In this document: positions 57,266 to 64,000 of the stretch, piece after piece
Position numbering within the stretch: the stretch's first letter is position 1
Layout: every line of letters starts with the position of its first letter
From: Anolis carolinensis
Taxonomy: Eukaryota
DNA length: 64,000 nt
Direction: 5' to 3'
NCBI RefSeq assembly: GCF_035594765.1
Contig: NW_026943827.1
Coordinates: 1,550,001 to 1,614,000 of the forward strand
Made by a program: the position numbers and the translations under genes
Notes under the pieces: generated by a model
Told to the model about the DNA's origin: nothing
Database searches by the model: none
Seen by the model: only the letters and a program-made list of their open reading frames with translations

Positions 57266-58173
57266 TCTCCCTAATTAATTAGCATTAACAAATCTACGAA
57301 TAACGCTTGAAAGGCTCGGATGTTTAGTGGTTGAGAGCAAGCTATTCTCGACTACCTCATCCAGGGCAGAAGCAGCATGGCTCTCAAGCTCCCTTTTTAT
57401 TGCCCGGATCTTATGACTGTCTCACTGAGCCCAAATGAGGAAAAATAATACCTTGCCTGACATTAACAAAGCCAACACCTTGACAAACTGTGGGCCTGTC
57501 ACACTCACAATGGCCTTATTCTTCTCCTTTTGCTGTATGACTTCTAATGTCTTTGCCTAATAGAAAAGCCAACGGAACTTTGAAATCTTGCAGGGTATAT
57601 TTTGGTGCCTTTATAGTAGGCCCAATAAACCCCGTTTGTGGATTTGGGGTGTTACTGTATTTCACTACCATAGTCAGCTGTGTGAACAACCCTGGGATAT
57701 ATGCTTGTGTAAATAAAGCCGAGTAGCTGCGCTGCCGAGCTCAACTGAAGGGTTGCCACTCAATTTATCGATAAGCCAGCACAAATTGAGAACGGGATAA
57801 TTCATGTGAGATAGGCAGAGGAGGATTTATATAATCCCGGCTGGCAGGCAGAAGTTCTGGGGATGTCTCCTTTCTGCATCGCTGACAGGATAACAATCAA
57901 CTCCAGAGCTATGCGGCCAACCTTAAAGGCAAAATAAATTGGGCAATAAACTCCACATGGGTCTAAAATCACTTCTATCTGCCACTCCAGTCTCAGAATT
58001 TTTAACCTATCTAAATTAGCCACCTTTTTAGAAAATAATTTTTAAGTAAAAACAATAATATTGCATAAAGGAGAAATTACATAATATATGATGCTAAACT
58101 TATGTGGCTAACTAACTAGCTACTACAACAAAGTACAAAGCTAAATTAGAAACAAGTATCAACAAAACACATA

Positions 58174-58496
58174 CAGTAGAGTCTCACTTATCCAAGCCTC
58201 GCTTATCCAAGTTTCTGGATTATCCAAGCCATTTTTGTATTCAATGTTTTCAATACATCATGATATTTTGGTGCTAAATTCGTAAATACAGTAATTACAA
58301 CATAACATTACTGCGTATTGAACTGCTTTTTCTGTCAAATTTGTTTTATAACATGATGTTTTGGTGCTTAATGTGTAAAATCATAACCTAATTTGATGTT
58401 TAATAGGCTTTTCCTTAATCCCTCCTTATTATCCAAGATATTCGCTTATCCACGCTTCTGCCGGCCCGTTTAGCTTGGATAAGTGAGACTCTACTG
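58174..58496. mobile_element. Tc1/mariner MITE (same family as 4225-4547, opposite orientation)
   Basis: TIR CAGTAGAGTCTCACTTATCCAAGC; TA TSD. Confidence 0.92.
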
Positions 58497-58842
58497 TACC
58501 CACAAAGACACAAACTACACCAACAAACAAAAAATAGACAAGAATGGATCTATTTCTATAAACTTCACACTCTCTATTCATTGTTTTTTATACCGTATGA
58601 TTCTACTCCATGTAGACAATCCTATACAAGCACACTTCTGCCTTTGGTACCACTTATTCTCATTCATAAATCTGACACTTGACATATGCCCCTATTGTTG
58701 TCATGAAAAGTCCTGTGATGTGAATGTAGATTTACATTGTAAGTGAAGGTTTTTCCACACTCCAGGCATGTATAAGGTTTCTCCCAGTGTGCATCCTTTG
58801 ATGTGTATGTAGACGTGGTTCCTGAGTGAAAATCTGTCCACA

Positions 58843-60864
<2,022 letters not shown>

Positions 60865-61517
60865 TTAATCAAAATTGAGTTCCACAAGATTGGCACCTAG
60901 AGAGGATTTCTTCTTCCCACAGGATTTCTTTCATTATTGCCCTTTGGTTTCCAAATTCCTCAATCTCCACTAGATATTGATATTTTCTTTTCATGTCTGT
61001 GGTGACTTCATAGGGTCTTCATTTCCCTGATCAAGAAAGAAGAAGCAAAAGGTTAAACATGAACCTGGAAACTTCCTTTATTTCCAAAATGATCCTCTTT
61101 TCCATTCATGGCTTATGTTGAAAATGGAACTACCAAGAAATGGAGAAATGAAGGGTCTTAAGGACACACGGAAACAAGGCAAAGGTTATCACAGATTGAT
61201 GGACAATAAGGGATGGATTCAGAAGGAGAGAAGAAAAGAAGGGAGGAAGAAAATGAGTAATTGATGGAAGGAAAGAGGGATGGATGGAAGAAAAAGGGAC
61301 CTCCGTACAATACTGAAGAGCCACATTGATTTTGTTGGCTTGACCTAAACACGGCTAAAGAAACACAAGGCAGACAGTCAGACAGGCCATAGACGGGGCA
61401 CCATTCACTCTGAATAAAGGGTTTCCATGAATTACCAGCATAAGTTAAATATTAAGAGGCACAATGATCCCTTTATTGATGATTTCATGAATGTCTAGAT
61501 TCCCTTTCAGGCCACAA

Positions 61518-62776
61518 TCATAGAATCATAGAATCATAGAATAGTAGAGTTGGAAGAGACCACATGGGCCATCCAGTCCAACCCCCTGCTAAGAAGCAGG
61601 AAATCGCATTCAAAGCACCCCCGACAGATGGCCATCCAGCCTCTGCTTAAAAGCCTCCAAAGAAGGAGCCTCCACCACGGCCCCGGGGAGAGAGTTCCAC
61701 TGTCGAACAGCTCTCACAGTGAGGAAGTTCTTCCTGATGTTCAGGTGGAATCTCCTTTCCTGTCGTTTGAAGCCATTGTTCCCTTGCGTCCTAGTCTGCA
61801 GGGGAGCAGAGAACAATCTTGCTCCCTCCTCCCTTTGACTTCCCTTCACGTATTTGTACATGGCTATCATGTCTCCTCTCAGCCTTCTCTTCTGCAGGCT
61901 AAACATGCCCAGCTCTTTAAGCCGCTCCTCATAGGGCTTGTTCTCCAGACCCTTAATCATTTTAGTCGCCCTCCTCTGGACGCTTTCCAGCTTGTCAACA
62001 TCTCCCTTCAACTGTGGTGCCCAAAATTGGACACAGTATTCCAGGTGTGGTCTGACCAAGGCAGAATAGAATAAGGGGGAGCAGGACTTCCCTGGATCTA
62101 GACGCTATTCCCCTATTGATGCAGGCCAGAATCCCATTGGCTTTTTTAGCAGCCGCATCACATTGTTGGCTCATGTTTAACTTGTTGTCCACGAGGACTC
62201 CAAGGTCTTTTTCGCACACACTGCTGTCAAGCCAGGCGTCCCCCATTCTGTATCTTTGATTTCCATTTTTTCTGCCGAAATGAAGTATCTTGCATTTGTC
62301 CCTGTTGAACTTCATTTTGTTAGTTTTGGCCCATCTCTCTAGTCTGTCAAGATCGTTTTGAATTCTGCTCCTGTCTTCTGGAGTGTTAGCTATCCCTCCC
62401 AGTTTGGTGTCGTCTGCAAACTTGATGATCGTGCCTTCTAACCCTTCGTCTAAGTCGTTAATAAAGATGTTGAACAGAACCGGGCCCAGGACGGAGCCCT
62501 GCGGCACTCCACTTGTCACTTCTTTCCATGATGAAGACGACGCATTGGTGAGCACCCTTTGGGTTCGTTCGCTTAGCCAATTACAGATCCACCTAACCGT
62601 AGTTTTGTCTAGCCCACATTTTACTAGTTTGTTTGCCAGAAGGTCATGGGGGACTTTGTCGAAGGTCTTACTGAAATCCAGGTACGCTACATCCACAGCA
62701 TTCCCTGTATCGACCCAACTCGTAACTCTATCGAAAAAAGAGATCAGATTAGTCTGGCATGACTTGTTTTTGGTAA
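61518..62776 (-). mobile_element. Young 5'-truncated CR1 LINE inserted in the intron of ZNF E
   Basis: GVPQGSVLGPVLFNIFINDL, FADDTKL; (ATTCTATG)3 tail; splits GGCCACAA|GGGATCCC, which is intact in paralogs A, B and D. Confidence 0.95.
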
Positions 62777-63120
62777 AGGGATCCCACGTCCGTCTCCTGT
62801 GCATCCCAAATTAGACCCCTGCTGCCACCACATTTCCTACATCTCTCAATGGATCCCCAAATTCCCAAAGACGTTGCCTTCCTGCCTGGCAAATTCAACA
62901 CCCCATTTAGGCATGCTGAGATGTCCACAGAACTGGTCTCGCCTGGACTAAGTCCCCGTTGGGCTGTTCACTCCCTTGGTTGAGCCACAGGACGGCATGC
63001 AAATTCACAGGCACAGATCAGTCGGGAAACCCTCCTTCCTGCCCAGCCCTTTCCACCCCTGTCCATTTCCGCCTCTATTTCCTGCCCTCTGTTGTGGGGA
63101 AAGGCTTTTCAGCAGGTGAA

Positions 63121-64000
63121 GGATGGGTTCTGGTCTTTGGCTGGCTTCTGCGGTCTTTGGATACAGGTAAACTACAACTCCCAAAATCAAGGCCCATTCC
63201 CACAAACCCTTGTAGTATGTTCAGTTGGTCATGAGGCTTCTCTGTGCAAAGTGTGGTCCTCGTCCATTGTCAGTGGGGGGTCACTTTTTCTCTGGATTCA
63301 GGTGAACTATAAGTTCCTTTTCCCCCCAACTAGTCCAATATGTTCTATTAGTTATGATGGCTCTGTGTGTCAGGTGTGGTCCTGGACCATCATTGGTGGG
63401 GTTTGATTGCAGGTGAACTATAAATCCCAGTACCTACTACTCCCAAATGCCTGGGCCAATTCCCCTCAAAACCCACCAAATGTGGGCACATCAGGTATGC
63501 ATGGCAGGTTAGGTCCAGGCCCATCATTATTTGGGTTCATAGCGTTCTAGATGTAGGTGAACTACAACTCCTCTACATTCCCCAGTAGGAGTCACAGCAG
63601 TGCTCTGACTTGATGCAAGACGAACTACAACTTCCACCATGTGCAGTCAATCCCCAAACTCCTCCAGTAAGTTTATTTCTGCTCAGTTCTGCTGTGTTTG
63701 TTATGCAGACAGATTTGAAAGGGAAGGGCAGTAGGAGGGGTCATGCAAATTCCACAGCAATGGAGAACCCTGGGATGCCTGCCTGTGGTGGAAGAAAAAG
63801 CAAAATCTAGGATGAAATGGTCACCAAACTAAAGCATTCCTTGGGGTGGTGGGCTGTAGTGTTTGGGGAGGACATTGGCAGGGGCTGGGCTGCATGTTCA
63901 TGGGGCTCGCTGTAACCAAAATGTCAGTGGAAAAGAGTGACTTGCTAGATTTTTAACCATGGGAAGTACAACCTGTTTGTGGGGGCTGGAGGCTGTCTGT
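63121..64000 (-). mobile_element. Helitron-like repeat (runs off window end)
   Basis: GGTGAACTA(C/T)AA subunits; last 260 bp homologous to 1-253. Confidence 0.55.

Overview
Eukaryotic (vertebrate) DNA, almost certainly a squamate and most likely an Anolis lizard: it carries Sauria SINE, CR1 with an (ATTCTATG)n tail, L2, L1, R4/Dong, Vingi-like, Penelope, hAT, Tc1/mariner, Gypsy/LTR and Helitron-type repeats. The window is a tandem C2H2 zinc-finger gene cluster with five paralogous arrays (A 1359-2807 -, B 13044-14690 -, C 32000-33290 +, D 42887-44194 -, E 58843-60804 -) plus a 1.5-kb near-identical copy of the 3' end of B. No KRAB, SCAN or BTB exon was recognised. The linker upstream of the fingers is closed by stops in the finger frame in A, B, D and E, and the proteins appear to start at a Kozak-context MEEK ATG, so they look like effector-less finger-only proteins. 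Every array is damaged at its 3' end by a different mechanism. Three copies of a CpG-rich promoter module (TCF site, 2x CCAAT, GC box, YY1) sit in or beside Helitron-type DNA full of ACTACAACTCCCA (ZNF143/THAP11-type) motifs. The most striking signal is a strand-specific C-to-G/C-to-T hypermutated tract that spares CpG, inside a Helitron-like element (52266-53716) and mirrored by a G-depleted Helitron-like 5' end at 36901. This suggests deaminase plus UNG/REV1 type attack on rolling-circle DNA. Also present: a templated insertion with a 71-bp target duplication, a composite repeat carrying a CTCF-like motif, and two Penelope hammerhead ribozyme motifs. All repeat family names are by recognition, not by database search, and boundaries without a visible TSD are approximate.
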